A DNA stretch of 64,000 nucleotides from an uncultured bacterium (GTDB lineage: Bacteria; Babelota; Babeliae; Babelales; Vermiphilaceae). A program made the position numbers and the translations under genes. A model generated the notes under the pieces. That model did no database searches and was not told the origin of the DNA. It worked only from the letters and a program-made list of their open reading frames with translations. The DNA lies in contig OY969699.1 in NCBI GenBank assembly GCA_963702025.1, positions 1,376,001 to 1,440,000 of the forward strand, written 5' to 3'. Position 1 is the stretch's first letter. Each line of letters opens with the position of its first letter. Below, piece by piece: positions 10,418 through 20,500 of this stretch.

Positions 10418-11287
10418 CTATCGTAAAATTTCAGACTTAGGATATTCAACAAACGTAACCATAACCTCTGCGCTGGATGTATTACCGAGGGCATCTTGTA
10501 TGGTATACATAAAATTATCTTCACCAATAAAATCCTGCGTCTGCATATAGGTTATAGAATTATCATCATTAATCTTCACCGAGCCACGAGCAGGCTGGGA
10601 GACCTCTACTATTTCTACCGGCAAATCAGATATGTCATTGCATATTACCGGGATAGTTAGAGGAAGCCCTTGAATGCCAACTGCATGATCCGGATTCGCT
10701 CTCAGTAGATTAGGAGAAGCCTGCGTTTCCATTGCAAAAAAGGAAGGAGGGTTGGTGGCAATAAATGTTGTATATTTTTTTGTTCCTTCTTTGGTTGCCC
10801 TAAAAGTAATCGCTAATTTTTGAATAGAATTGGCAGGTAACCCTTTTTTAAAACTCCACTTGGTTTTACCACCTTTGCGTAATATCGATGATGCTTTTAG
10901 ATCATATTCGCCGGTTGTCGGCGCCGTAGAACTAATATATTCAACACCATTGCCACCATCTTGAGAAGGATCAGGAATTAGATCTGCCCAAAATGGAATA
11001 TTGCTTGCCCGCATCGATTGTACCGTAAAATAGATAGTAAATTCTTGGCCCAGAACTACCTGACTGGGCGCCGTAATACCAAATGTCACAGTATTGTACG
11101 GATATGCCGGAGTAAAAACAGAGAGACCATCTTGCACCTGGGCATCTTGTGATTGGACAACATCAAACTCATGGACAATCTCAATTTTATTGTTTTGTTC
11201 ATTATAAATAACATTTATGCCTACGGCATAAAATTGCATAAGAAACAGCGAAACCACTAGTGTTTTGAAAGCATTATTTATCATCAT
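10418..11287 (-). CDS. Secreted DUF11-like plus C-terminal Big_9/cadherin-like domain protein
   Basis: Likely start MMINNAFKTLVVSLFLMQ (the ORF track extends to 11377). APSQVVLGQEFTIYFTV...DLIP...GVEYISS resembles DUF11; ANPD...IPVICND...G.D.F.YTIQD..G resembles Big_9. Confidence 0.75.
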   Translation of the reverse strand: MMINNAFKTLVVSLFLMQFYAVGINVIYNEQNNKIEIVHEFDVVQSQDAQVQDGLSVFTPAYPYNTVTFGITAPSQVVLGQEFTIYFTVQSMRASNIPFWADLIPDPSQDGGNGVEYISSTAPTTGEYDLKASSILRKGGKTKWSFKKGLPANSIQKLAITFRATKEGTKKYTTFIATNPPSFFAMETQASPNLLRANPDHAVGIQGLPLTIPVICNDISDLPVEIVEVSQPARGSVKINDDNSITYMQTQDFIGEDNFMYTIQDALGNTSSAEVMVTFVEYPKSEILR

Positions 11288-11483
11288 TTTTTTGCCCTTT
11301 TGAAAATAAATGTGAGGATTAAAAAATCTATACCTTACATCGTCACACTTAGTCAATACCAGACTTAAATATTCCATTTTTTTATACTATGCGGGGTTCT
11401 ACGAAGTCAAGAAACAAAACATCTTTACAAGTTCCTCCGAAAAATACTACCTTTCAAAAGTGACAAAATTAGAAGGAGAAACA

Positions 11484-12281
11484 ATGATTCATGTAATGGA
11501 TTTTTTAGAAATCATATTCTTTAGCGGCATTATCTATCTTTTTTCTGTATGGTTGAGCACGGATAAAAAAAAGAATCTGCTCGTCTATTTTTATTGTTAT
11601 TGCGCCTGTATATTTACCAGCTATTTCTTAAACGCTGTAACTATCTCGACTTTCTTAATATATATAAGTCCCGTTGCCTTAATCCTCTTTATAATTTTTC
11701 ATCAAGATGTTTTGCAAAGAAACTTCATTACACTGCACACCGAACAGCCGATCGATTATGATATCTTTGTTGATTGGCTAGAAAATCTCATTCGAACGGC
11801 ATTGTATGCGATCAATAATAATAAACAATTGATCTGTGTTATTGAAAATGAGTCCGATCTCGCATCCTATCTACAAACATCTTTTTTAATACAAAGTCCT
11901 CTTGCTCAAAATATCATGTGCCTGGTAATTGACAGCGCGAGTTTTGATCAAGAAAAATTATTTTGGTGCAACCGCAAGGGAAAATTGGTAGCCATCAATG
12001 CCTCGTGGAATATTCCCCGAAACGTAGAAACTCCTCATAACAATATGCCGTTGTGGCAACAGGATGCGTTACTCATGACTCTTAAGACAGATACTATTGT
12101 TTTTAAAGCAGATCCGCGCACGCGTAATTTTGATTGTGTAATCAAGGGAATTTTATACCAAAATGTGACCGCCCATAATCTCATACCGCTCATAAAAAAG
12201 AATATGCATCATATTCGTAAAGGAGACATAATTCATGAAAACGTTAATCAAAAAAAGTATTTTGAACAACAAAACTATTAA
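11484..12281 (+). CDS. CdaA/DacA-like membrane protein with a degenerate DAC domain (catalytic DGA and RHR motifs absent)
   Basis: AAGGAG RBS. Three TM segments end in IIFHQDVLQR (cf. IIFQPELRR). ICVIENESDLASYLQT and MTLKTDTIVF align to the DAC fold. Followed by a YbbR-like gene. Confidence 0.7.
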   Translation: MIHVMDFLEIIFFSGIIYLFSVWLSTDKKKNLLVYFYCYCACIFTSYFLNAVTISTFLIYISPVALILFIIFHQDVLQRNFITLHTEQPIDYDIFVDWLENLIRTALYAINNNKQLICVIENESDLASYLQTSFLIQSPLAQNIMCLVIDSASFDQEKLFWCNRKGKLVAINASWNIPRNVETPHNNMPLWQQDALLMTLKTDTIVFKADPRTRNFDCVIKGILYQNVTAHNLIPLIKKNMHHIRKGDIIHENVNQKKYFEQQNY

Positions 12282-12624
12282 AGTATGCTCATTAATACTC
12301 GGCTACTGTATGTGGTCATTTCTTGCAAAACACGCGAATGTTGCCCAGTGGAAAGAGGTTCCCGTTTGTTTTTATAATGCGAATGACTCATTCACTGTAA
12401 CAAGCAGTATCTCTAAAGTTAAAGTTCATCTTTATGGAAAAAGAGAAGATCTAAACCTCTGCAATGATATAGCTTTTCATATTAACGTACACTCATTAGC
12501 CGAGGGACAAAGCCTTCTCACGCCAACCAGTGACCAATTATTTTTACCTACCACCGTAAAACTGGTAAACTATAAGCCCTTAACAATTCTGGTGATCAAA
12601 GAGAAAAATAGAATACTATCGTAA
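12235..12624 (+). CDS. CdaR/YbbR-like protein (single YbbR domain)
   Basis: N-terminal NKTIKVCSLILGYCMWSFL resembles the CdaR anchor (N..LK..SL..A..LW); V.V.L.G motif; AAGGAG RBS; position after the cdaA-like gene. Confidence 0.65.
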   Translation: MKTLIKKSILNNKTIKVCSLILGYCMWSFLAKHANVAQWKEVPVCFYNANDSFTVTSSISKVKVHLYGKREDLNLCNDIAFHINVHSLAEGQSLLTPTSDQLFLPTTVKLVNYKPLTILVIKEKNRILS

Positions 12625-12635
12625 ATTGAGAATGT

Positions 12636-13274
12636 ATGAAATCGATAACAAAAAAAATTAAGAATGCTATATATAAATTATGGTCGATATTTCTTAAGGG
12701 GCTCTTGGCATTATTACCAATAACCATAACTGTCGCATTATTAAATTTTTCTTTTAAGCTTTTAAAAAAGTGGTTGCACCCTATTTACCAACTTGAGCCT
12801 GAATTTTTAAAAGCAATCCCTTTTTCGGAATTTCTGCTGACTTTTTTTGTTATCTGCATTATCGGTATAATCCTCAACTTTTTTATTCTCCGTTCTTTAT
12901 GGCATTTTTTTGAGTTATTGATTGGCAAAATACCGCTCGTGCATCCGGTTTATAAAGCAGTCAAACAACTGGTGCAAGCATTTAATCCGCACAATGATCA
13001 GAGCTTTAAGCATGTAGTATTAATAGAATTTCCTCGCAAAGATATTTACAGCATTGGCTTTATGACTAGTGAAGTGCCCGCTCAGTTATCACCCAATAAG
13101 AACCATACGTATTATAACATATTTTTACCAACCACACCCAATCCCACGGCAGGATTTTTCTTAATGGTAGACAAAAATAATGTCCAGATTACCAATCTTT
13201 CTCGCCAGGAAGCGATGGCATTGATTATGTCCGGCGGCATTATTCTACCCGATCATCTATCAGAAAAAAAATAG
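12636..13274 (+). CDS. DUF502 family membrane protein
   Basis: GLLALLPITIT, KIPLVHPVY, VVLIEFPR, FLPTTPNPTAGF and IMSGG motifs. Confidence 0.9.
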   Translation: MKSITKKIKNAIYKLWSIFLKGLLALLPITITVALLNFSFKLLKKWLHPIYQLEPEFLKAIPFSEFLLTFFVICIIGIILNFFILRSLWHFFELLIGKIPLVHPVYKAVKQLVQAFNPHNDQSFKHVVLIEFPRKDIYSIGFMTSEVPAQLSPNKNHTYYNIFLPTTPNPTAGFFLMVDKNNVQITNLSRQEAMALIMSGGIILPDHLSEKK

Positions 13275-13280
13275 ACTATC

Positions 13281-14270
13281 CTATTTTGACAATGCAAATT
13301 CATTTGAAAAAAATTTTGAATAAAAAAGATCAAGACTATACGTTATTTCCACACTACTTTTAGAAATAAGATCAAGTTCATATATATATTGATGAGCGTT
13401 TTTAAACTCAGTCAATGAACTTCTTTTCCAATCTTTTTGTAAAAAAGTAAACGGTAACCGGAAACTCATGCTTTTTGCTGCAGCAAAATTTTTTTGATTA
13501 AGATAAAACCATACAAAATAAGCGCGCCACAGTTGCTCACTCCAAAAAACCGACCAAAACGTAAGGGGATATTCCAATTGATACTGTTGCCACGCCTTGA
13601 AAAATGCACGCGAATCCTTGGCAAAAAAATGTTGACTTATAGCAAACAAGGATGTCTCGGGAACAATAATTTTCTCCAAAAAAGAAATTGTTTGCTCATT
13701 ACAGCCAGCTACTTTCATATATTCCGTAATCATACAGACAGCATCAACCGACATTTTTTTATATCGCTGACCTAGTTGTTTAAAAAGCAATACCGATTGA
13801 TTACTATTTTTTTTCTTGTCGAGAGTAAACAATTGTTCAAAAAGCTTTACATCAACTTCTTCAGGAATATTAATTATTTCTTCCTGCAGTAGATTTTTTT
13901 TATCTTGCTCGGACACAAATAAAATTACCCTATGTGGGCCTTGGTATTTAGTAAGGTAGTGCAAAAAACGATCGCGAATTTTTTTATCAACTTGATCAAA
14001 CCCTCTGAACCAGTAAATTAAGCCGCTTCCTAAAAAACTCATTTCAAGCTGTGATATAACTTCATCGAGCGGAATTGCTTCTATATTACCTGTTTGAATT
14101 TGACAACCATCGGATTGCAAGCGAGAAAAAAACCGCGATGCAAAAAGAATCGGCATTTCTTGTGTATAGGAGAAAATAAAATGTTTTTTTACACCATTCT
14201 CATGCGCTTTGAGAGTATAGTGATCAAGAAATTCATGTAGTTGCATTAACTCGTTAACCCACGTTAACAA
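13281..14270 (-). CDS. Putative divergent DNA polymerase III delta subunit (HolA-like)
   Basis: ~320 aa; MSFLG followed by a beta-strand, ETSLFAISQHFF and YELDLISKS resemble HolA; start uncertain. Confidence 0.5.
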   Translation of the reverse strand: MLTWVNELMQLHEFLDHYTLKAHENGVKKHFIFSYTQEMPILFASRFFSRLQSDGCQIQTGNIEAIPLDEVISQLEMSFLGSGLIYWFRGFDQVDKKIRDRFLHYLTKYQGPHRVILFVSEQDKKNLLQEEIINIPEEVDVKLFEQLFTLDKKKNSNQSVLLFKQLGQRYKKMSVDAVCMITEYMKVAGCNEQTISFLEKIIVPETSLFAISQHFFAKDSRAFFKAWQQYQLEYPLTFWSVFWSEQLWRAYFVWFYLNQKNFAAAKSMSFRLPFTFLQKDWKRSSLTEFKNAHQYIYELDLISKSSVEITYSLDLFYSKFFSNEFALSK

Positions 14271-15075
14271 AACGATTTTTAAGAGAAAATAATGAAGAAC
14301 GATCAGTTTTCATGGTAACAGGATTCTGGTTTTTTTGCACGCAATCTCTGGATGCAAAAGAGAGATCAATGATAGAAAAAAGTTTATTGCTTCCCTGAAT
14401 TGCCAATTCTTTCAGCTGCTCGAATTCGGACCACGACAAGGGGTTTTTTTCAGCCGTTCCTTGAATTTCAATAACAGCATTAGACTTTGTTAAAACAAAA
14501 TTATAATCCGCATCAATAGCATTGTCTTCATTAAAATCAAGATCAATAAAGGGCTTATTGTCTTTGATGCCCACCGAAACAGCAACAATTGTGTCGGTTA
14601 AAATGCTCGTGGAAAGTTGCCCAGATGCAAGCCACGTTTCAACCGCCATTTGCAAAGCAATGCAAGAACCGGTGATAGCTGCCGTGCGTGTGCTGCCATC
14701 AGCTTGTAAAACATCACAATCAACATTAATAGTACGCTCATTAAGAGTGGAAAGATCAACGATTGCCCGTAATGACCTGCCTATTAAACGTGAAATCTCT
14801 ATAGAACGTTCATTTCTTTTTGCTTGACTGCTTTCGCGTACCGAACGAGCAATACCTGAATTGGGCAACATGGCATAATCAGCAGTAAGCCATCCGGTCT
14901 TTGTTCCTTTTAAGAATGGTGGAACCCCCGGTGTCATACTTACTGAGCAAAGAACCTTGGTATTGCCCAGTTCAAATAATACTGAACCGGGCGCATAACC
15001 AAAAGAATTGTAGCTAATTTTAATCTCACGCAATTGATCAAAAGATCTTCCTGCATTTCTGCTAAAGTGATCCAT
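14254..15075 (-). CDS. rph: Ribonuclease PH
   Basis: GSVLFELGNTKVLC, GWLTADYAMLP, EISRLIGRSLR, DCDVLQADGSTRTAAITG and IEIQGTAE motifs; likely start MDHFSR. Confidence 0.95.
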   Translation of the reverse strand: MDHFSRNAGRSFDQLREIKISYNSFGYAPGSVLFELGNTKVLCSVSMTPGVPPFLKGTKTGWLTADYAMLPNSGIARSVRESSQAKRNERSIEISRLIGRSLRAIVDLSTLNERTINVDCDVLQADGSTRTAAITGSCIALQMAVETWLASGQLSTSILTDTIVAVSVGIKDNKPFIDLDFNEDNAIDADYNFVLTKSNAVIEIQGTAEKNPLSWSEFEQLKELAIQGSNKLFSIIDLSFASRDCVQKNQNPVTMKTDRSSLFSLKNRFVNVG

Positions 15076-15082
15076 GAGACTG

Positions 15083-17173
15083 TTACTTTTCAATCAAACG
15101 TAAACGAACGCGACCAGTGCTTTCATCATATTCAAGCACTTCAACGGTAACAACATCATCCACTTTATAGTCACGCAAGAATGTTCGTTGCTTATCGCGC
15201 GGAATATTAGAGACGTGCACTAATCCGTCAAGACCAGGAACAAGTTCAACAAAAAGACCAAATTCAGCAAGCCGTTTTATTTTACCGGTATATCGAGTGC
15301 CCGGTTCAATTTGACCGCCGAGAGTTTTAACCCAATTAATCGCCATTTCCATATCAGCACCCGGCGCACCAAAAATTTTAACCAAACCGGTCTCATCAAT
15401 ATCAATGCTCGTATTGGTCTTGGCAATAATTTCACGAATCACTTTGCCACCGGTGCCAATAATAGCACCAATTTTATCAGAATTAACTTTGACGGTTACC
15501 AATTTAGGTACCAACGGTGATAACTCAGGAGCCGGCTCACGCATTACTTTTTGCATTTCACCTAAAATATGGAGGCGGCCACTTTTTGCTTGTGCAAGAG
15601 CTGCATCAAAAACATTTCGTTCGAGCCCACCTTTATACTTAATATCCATCTGGATAGCAGTAATACCATTTTGGGTTCCGGCAACTTTGAAATCCATTAA
15701 ACCGAATTCATCCTCAAATCCTGAAATATCAGAAAGAACGGTAAATTTGCCTTGTAAGCTTTTTAAAAGGCCCATTGCAATGCCGCTCACCATTTTCTTA
15801 ATGGGAACGCCAGCTTGCATAAGCGCCATCGTTGAACCACACACGGTTGCCATTGAGGTTGAGCCGTCAGATTCAAGAATATCCGCAACGATACGAATGG
15901 TATATGGAAAATCTTTATTGGCAGGCAATACTTTTCTAATTGCCGATGCTGCTAAATGACCATGACCAACTTCACGTCTTCCCGGACCGCGCATTGGGCG
16001 AACTTCGCCAACAGAAAACGGTGGAAAGTTATAATGCAACATAAATGAACCATCAGCTTCATGATCCATAATACCTTCAATTTTTTGTTCATCATCACCG
16101 CCACCAAGCGTTGCCGTTACCAGCGCTTGGGTTCTTCCGCGCGTAAAAAGAGCAGAACCGTGGGTGAATGGAAGTAATCCTACTTCTGTTGAGATATGAC
16201 GAACTTGATCAAACGCACGGTCATCAATACGTTTGCCACGTGAAAAAATAAGTTCGGTTAATTTCACTTGCAGTACTTTATCAAGAATATAATCAATCAC
16301 TCTTGCTGTTTCAGTTGATTCAGCTATCTGTTCTTTATAAAGCTGATTAAATGCCTCTTGAATCTTATCAAGCTGCTCGTTACGCTGAACTTTATCCGGA
16401 ACATTAACCGTTTTAACTAAATCTTCCGTTAAGAAAGAATCTACGCGGTCTTTCCAGATTTTCCAGCCATATTTATCTGCAATCTCTTCTTTGGCCGCGC
16501 CAACTTCGCGCTGTATTTCTTTCTGCCATGCAACCAATTTTTTAATGTAATCATGTGCCATAAAAAGCACATCAATAAGCTCTTGCTCACCAATCTCAGC
16601 CGTCGATCCTTCAACCATGCAAATACCTTCATCGGTACCAGCAACTACCACTCGGGAATCAGCTTTTATTGCATCGGAGAATAAGGGATTGGCTACCCAT
16701 TTGCCATCCAAACGAATCATTTCTACCGCACCAATAGGACCCATAAAAGGAATTTTGGAGAGCGTAAGTGCAATAGAGCTTGCTATGATACTAATTACGT
16801 TCGGCGCATGTTCTTTATCAACAGAAAATACTGTTGCAATAATTTGTAATTGCTCAAAATATTCAGCAGGAAATAAAGGTCGTATACCACGATCTATTAA
16901 ACGGCTGGTAAGCACTTCCTTATCAGTAGACTTACCTTCTCTCTTAAAATAACCACCAGGAATTTTACCCGCAGCCGAAAACTGCTCGCGGTAGTCTACC
17001 GTTAATGGTAAAAATCCAGGAAAATCTTTAGATGGCGATGAAACTGCCGTGGCAAGAACAACGGTCCCACCGTGCGTAAACCACGCAGCGCCATCGGCTT
17101 GACGCGCGAATTTACCTATTTCTACTTCATAACCGAATTCCGGAAAACTAAATTTTTTTACCATTATTATCAA
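15083..17173 (-). CDS. pnp: Polyribonucleotide nucleotidyltransferase (PNPase)
   Basis: FLPLTVDYRE, AGKIPGGYFKREG, FMLHYNFPPFSVGE, MDFKVAGT; C-terminal KH and S1 domains. Confidence 0.98.
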   Translation of the reverse strand: MIIMVKKFSFPEFGYEVEIGKFARQADGAAWFTHGGTVVLATAVSSPSKDFPGFLPLTVDYREQFSAAGKIPGGYFKREGKSTDKEVLTSRLIDRGIRPLFPAEYFEQLQIIATVFSVDKEHAPNVISIIASSIALTLSKIPFMGPIGAVEMIRLDGKWVANPLFSDAIKADSRVVVAGTDEGICMVEGSTAEIGEQELIDVLFMAHDYIKKLVAWQKEIQREVGAAKEEIADKYGWKIWKDRVDSFLTEDLVKTVNVPDKVQRNEQLDKIQEAFNQLYKEQIAESTETARVIDYILDKVLQVKLTELIFSRGKRIDDRAFDQVRHISTEVGLLPFTHGSALFTRGRTQALVTATLGGGDDEQKIEGIMDHEADGSFMLHYNFPPFSVGEVRPMRGPGRREVGHGHLAASAIRKVLPANKDFPYTIRIVADILESDGSTSMATVCGSTMALMQAGVPIKKMVSGIAMGLLKSLQGKFTVLSDISGFEDEFGLMDFKVAGTQNGITAIQMDIKYKGGLERNVFDAALAQAKSGRLHILGEMQKVMREPAPELSPLVPKLVTVKVNSDKIGAIIGTGGKVIREIIAKTNTSIDIDETGLVKIFGAPGADMEMAINWVKTLGGQIEPGTRYTGKIKRLAEFGLFVELVPGLDGLVHVSNIPRDKQRTFLRDYKVDDVVTVEVLEYDESTGRVRLRLIEK

Positions 17174-17202
17174 CCTACGAATATATTATATGTACGGTAA
17201 AC

Positions 17203-17472
17203 CTACTTACGCAGTCCCAATCGGCTTACGATCTCTTTATACTGGGTAGCATCTTCTTTGTGTAAATATGCCAAGAATTTTCTTCTTTTGGCAACTGCTT
17301 GTAAAAGGCCTCTTTTTGAGGACACATCTTTAGGGTTTTTTTCCAAATGTTCTGCAATCTGTTTGATTCGTTCAGTTAAAAGAGCAATCTGGACAGATGT
17401 TGATCCGGTATCATTTCCTGCAATACCAAAATCTTTGATGATTTTTTCTTTGTTACTTTTAACAAGTGACAT
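17203..17472 (-). CDS. rpsO: 30S ribosomal protein S15
   Basis: DTGSTSVQIALLTERI...SKRGLL...LGLRK. Confidence 0.98.
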   Translation of the reverse strand: MSLVKSNKEKIIKDFGIAGNDTGSTSVQIALLTERIKQIAEHLEKNPKDVSSKRGLLQAVAKRRKFLAYLHKEDATQYKEIVSRLGLRK

Positions 17473-17516
17473 ATTTTATAAAACCTCATGGGTTATGTGT
17501 TTGTATCATTTCTATA

Positions 17517-17591
17517 TGGTAGGCGCGAGCGGGATTGAACCGCTGGCCCTTGCTACGTCAAAGCAATGCTCTACCACTGAGCTACGCGCCT
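17517..17591 (-). tRNA. tRNA-Val(GAC)
   Basis: AGGCGCG/CGCGCCT acceptor stem, TAGCTCAGTGGTAGAGC D-arm, TTGCT-TTGACGT-AGCAA anticodon arm, GGTTCAATCC T-loop, encoded CCA. Confidence 0.95.
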
Positions 17592-20500
17592 TCTTGTTCT
17601 TTATACTGTCTATTCTCTTCCCTCTCATGCATCTCTTCATGCTGCGCCTGACGCTCAAGGTCTGAAACATCATCACCTAAATAGCGCTTTCTAAAAGAAG
17701 CAATCCCCGTACCTGCAGGTATCAATTTACCAACAATTACATTTTCCTTCAAACCATATAAATGATCTACTGCACCGGAAATAGCTGCTTCTGAAAGAAT
17801 TCGGGTAGTTTCTTGGAAAGATGCTGCTGAAATAAAGCTCTCGGTTCCTAAAGAAGCCTGCGTTAGTCCCATCAAAATAGGTTTTGCAGTAGCAGCACGT
17901 TTATTTTCTGCTTTTACCAGAGAATTGACCATTTTAAAGTGAACACGGTCAACGCGGTCACCAATCAAGAAATCAGTATCTCCCGGATCAACAATACGCA
18001 CCTTACGTAACATCTGGCGCACAATCAATTCAATATGACGGTCATTAATTATAATACCCTGCAAGCTGTAAATTTGCTGAATTTGATCAACAAGATAACG
18101 CTGAACCATTTCAGGCCCCATAATGCGTAAAATATCATGGAGAACTGGAGAACCGGATGTCAAAGGATCTCCGGCAGTTACTTTCTCGCCATTGACCACG
18201 TTTACCTGTTTGCCGCGAGGAATAAAATAATCAATTGACTGATCCCCGTTGGCAATGGTAATTTTTCTCAAACCTCGATGCAAGCCACCGAATATAACCT
18301 CGCCATCGATATCTGCAATAATTGCAGGATCTTTTGGCATACGCGCTTCAAAGAGTTCAGCAATACGTGGCAGGCCACCAGTAATATCCCCAACCCTCGA
18401 TGCTTCACGGGGCACCTTAACAAGGATGTCGCCAACCTGTACTTCTTGGTGATCACTAACCAAAAGATAGGCTCCCGATGGCAAATAGTAGAGCGCCTCT
18501 TCGTTGCCATTTTCATCTTCAATGGCAATGGCAGGCTGATATTTTTCACTTTTATGCTCAAGAATCATATAGGTTGATTTATTTGTTTTTTCATCAAACC
18601 GTTCTTGAACAGTAACGTTTTCAACTAAATCAATAAATTTAATGCGACCCGCTTTTTCAGTCAGCAAGACTTTACTTGTTGGATCCCATTCGGCCAATTT
18701 TTGACCAATAACTATTGGTTGTTTATCATTTACCAGAAGTGTCGAACCATATTCTAAATCATGATGTCGTAATTCGCGACCATCCGGGGAAACTATAAAA
18801 ACACGGGCCTTTCGGCTCATCACAATAGCCTGACCATGACGATTTCTCACTGTACGAACACCGCGCCACTCAACGATACCCTCATGTTTAGCAACATAAA
18901 ATGGCTGTTGAGACATACCACTTGCCGTACCACCTATGTGGAACGTTCTCATAGTCAACTGTGTTCCCGGTTCACCAATCGATTGCGCCGCAATTACACC
19001 AACCGTTGTTCCAACATCAACGAGCGAGCCTTTTGATAGATCGTACCCGTAACATTGCGCACAAATACCCCGTTTTGCTTGGCAGGTTAATGCCGAACGA
19101 ACCATTATAGATGTTGCAGCGGAATCGGCAAGGCGAGAAATATCTTCTCTGCTGAGCAAATGCCCTTGTTTGAAAATTAATTCACCTGATACTGGATCCT
19201 TAACATCACTGGCCAAGACTCTTCCCAACACGCGATTGTTTAATGGTGAAATTACGTCACCCGATCCTTTGAGATCTCCAATCTCGATATAGCCGAGCGT
19301 TTGACAATCATCCATTGAAATCACAACATCTTGAGCTACGTCAACTAAACGACGCGTTAAATATCCTGAGTTTGCCGTTTTCAATGCTGTATCTGCTTGA
19401 CCTTTACGAGCACCGTGAGTAGAAATAAAGTATTCAAAAACGCTCAAACCGTCTTTAAAGTTACTCTTAACCGGCGTTTCCATAATCTCACCACTCGGAC
19501 GGGACATCAATCCCCGCATTCCGGTGAGCTGCTTAATTTGATCTTTTGAACCACGCGCACCTGATTCGAGCATCATGAATATTGGATTAAACGGTTTAAA
19601 GTCACGTTTTTCATTTAAAAAGGCTTCTTGGTCTTGCTTTTCCAAGGTTTTTGTCATTTCTGAAGCAACATCATCGGTAGCATGTTCCCAAATACTCAAC
19701 ACTTTATTATGACGCTCACCATTAGTGATTACGCCATCCATATATAAATCTTCTATACGCTGAACTTCTTTATCGGCCTTCTTGACCAATTCATGTTTTT
19801 GCGCAGGAACAATAAGATCACGCAATGAACAAGAAATGCCACTTACGGTTGAGTAGTAGAATCCAAGTTTTTTTATCTTATCTAATGCTTCAACGGCGGA
19901 CTTACTGCCAAACCGATAATAAATGCGCTCAACCAAACGGGTCAAATCACTTTTTTTCATTATCTTGTTTAACCAGTTAAAATCGGTGCCGCTTGGCAAT
20001 CCCTCAAATAGGATAACTCTTCCAACTGTTGTCTGAGTAATCTCTTTAGTGTCCCCCATGCGCACACCAATTTTTGCGTGGAGAGAAACTTGTTCACACT
20101 GAAAGGCAGTTATAACTTCACCAATATTGGAAAAAGTGAGACCTTCGCCTTTGGCACCCAGTCGAACTTTGGTCATATAGTGCAATCCAAGAACCATATC
20201 TTGGGATGGCACAGTAACCGGACGCCCATTAGCCGGAGAAAGTATATTATTTGTGGCAAGAATCATGGTTTTTGATTCTTCTTGTGCCTTTTTGCTCAAC
20301 GGAATGTGGACAGCCATTTGGTCACCGTCAAAGTCTGCGTTGAATGCTGCGCAAACCATCGGATGTATTTTTATCGCTTTGCCATCTACCAAAATCGGGT
20401 AAAACGCTTGTATACCCAAACGATGTAGGGTTGGTGCACGATTAAGGAGCAATGGACGATCTTTTACCACTTCTTCAAGAACATCCCAAACTTCCGGCGC

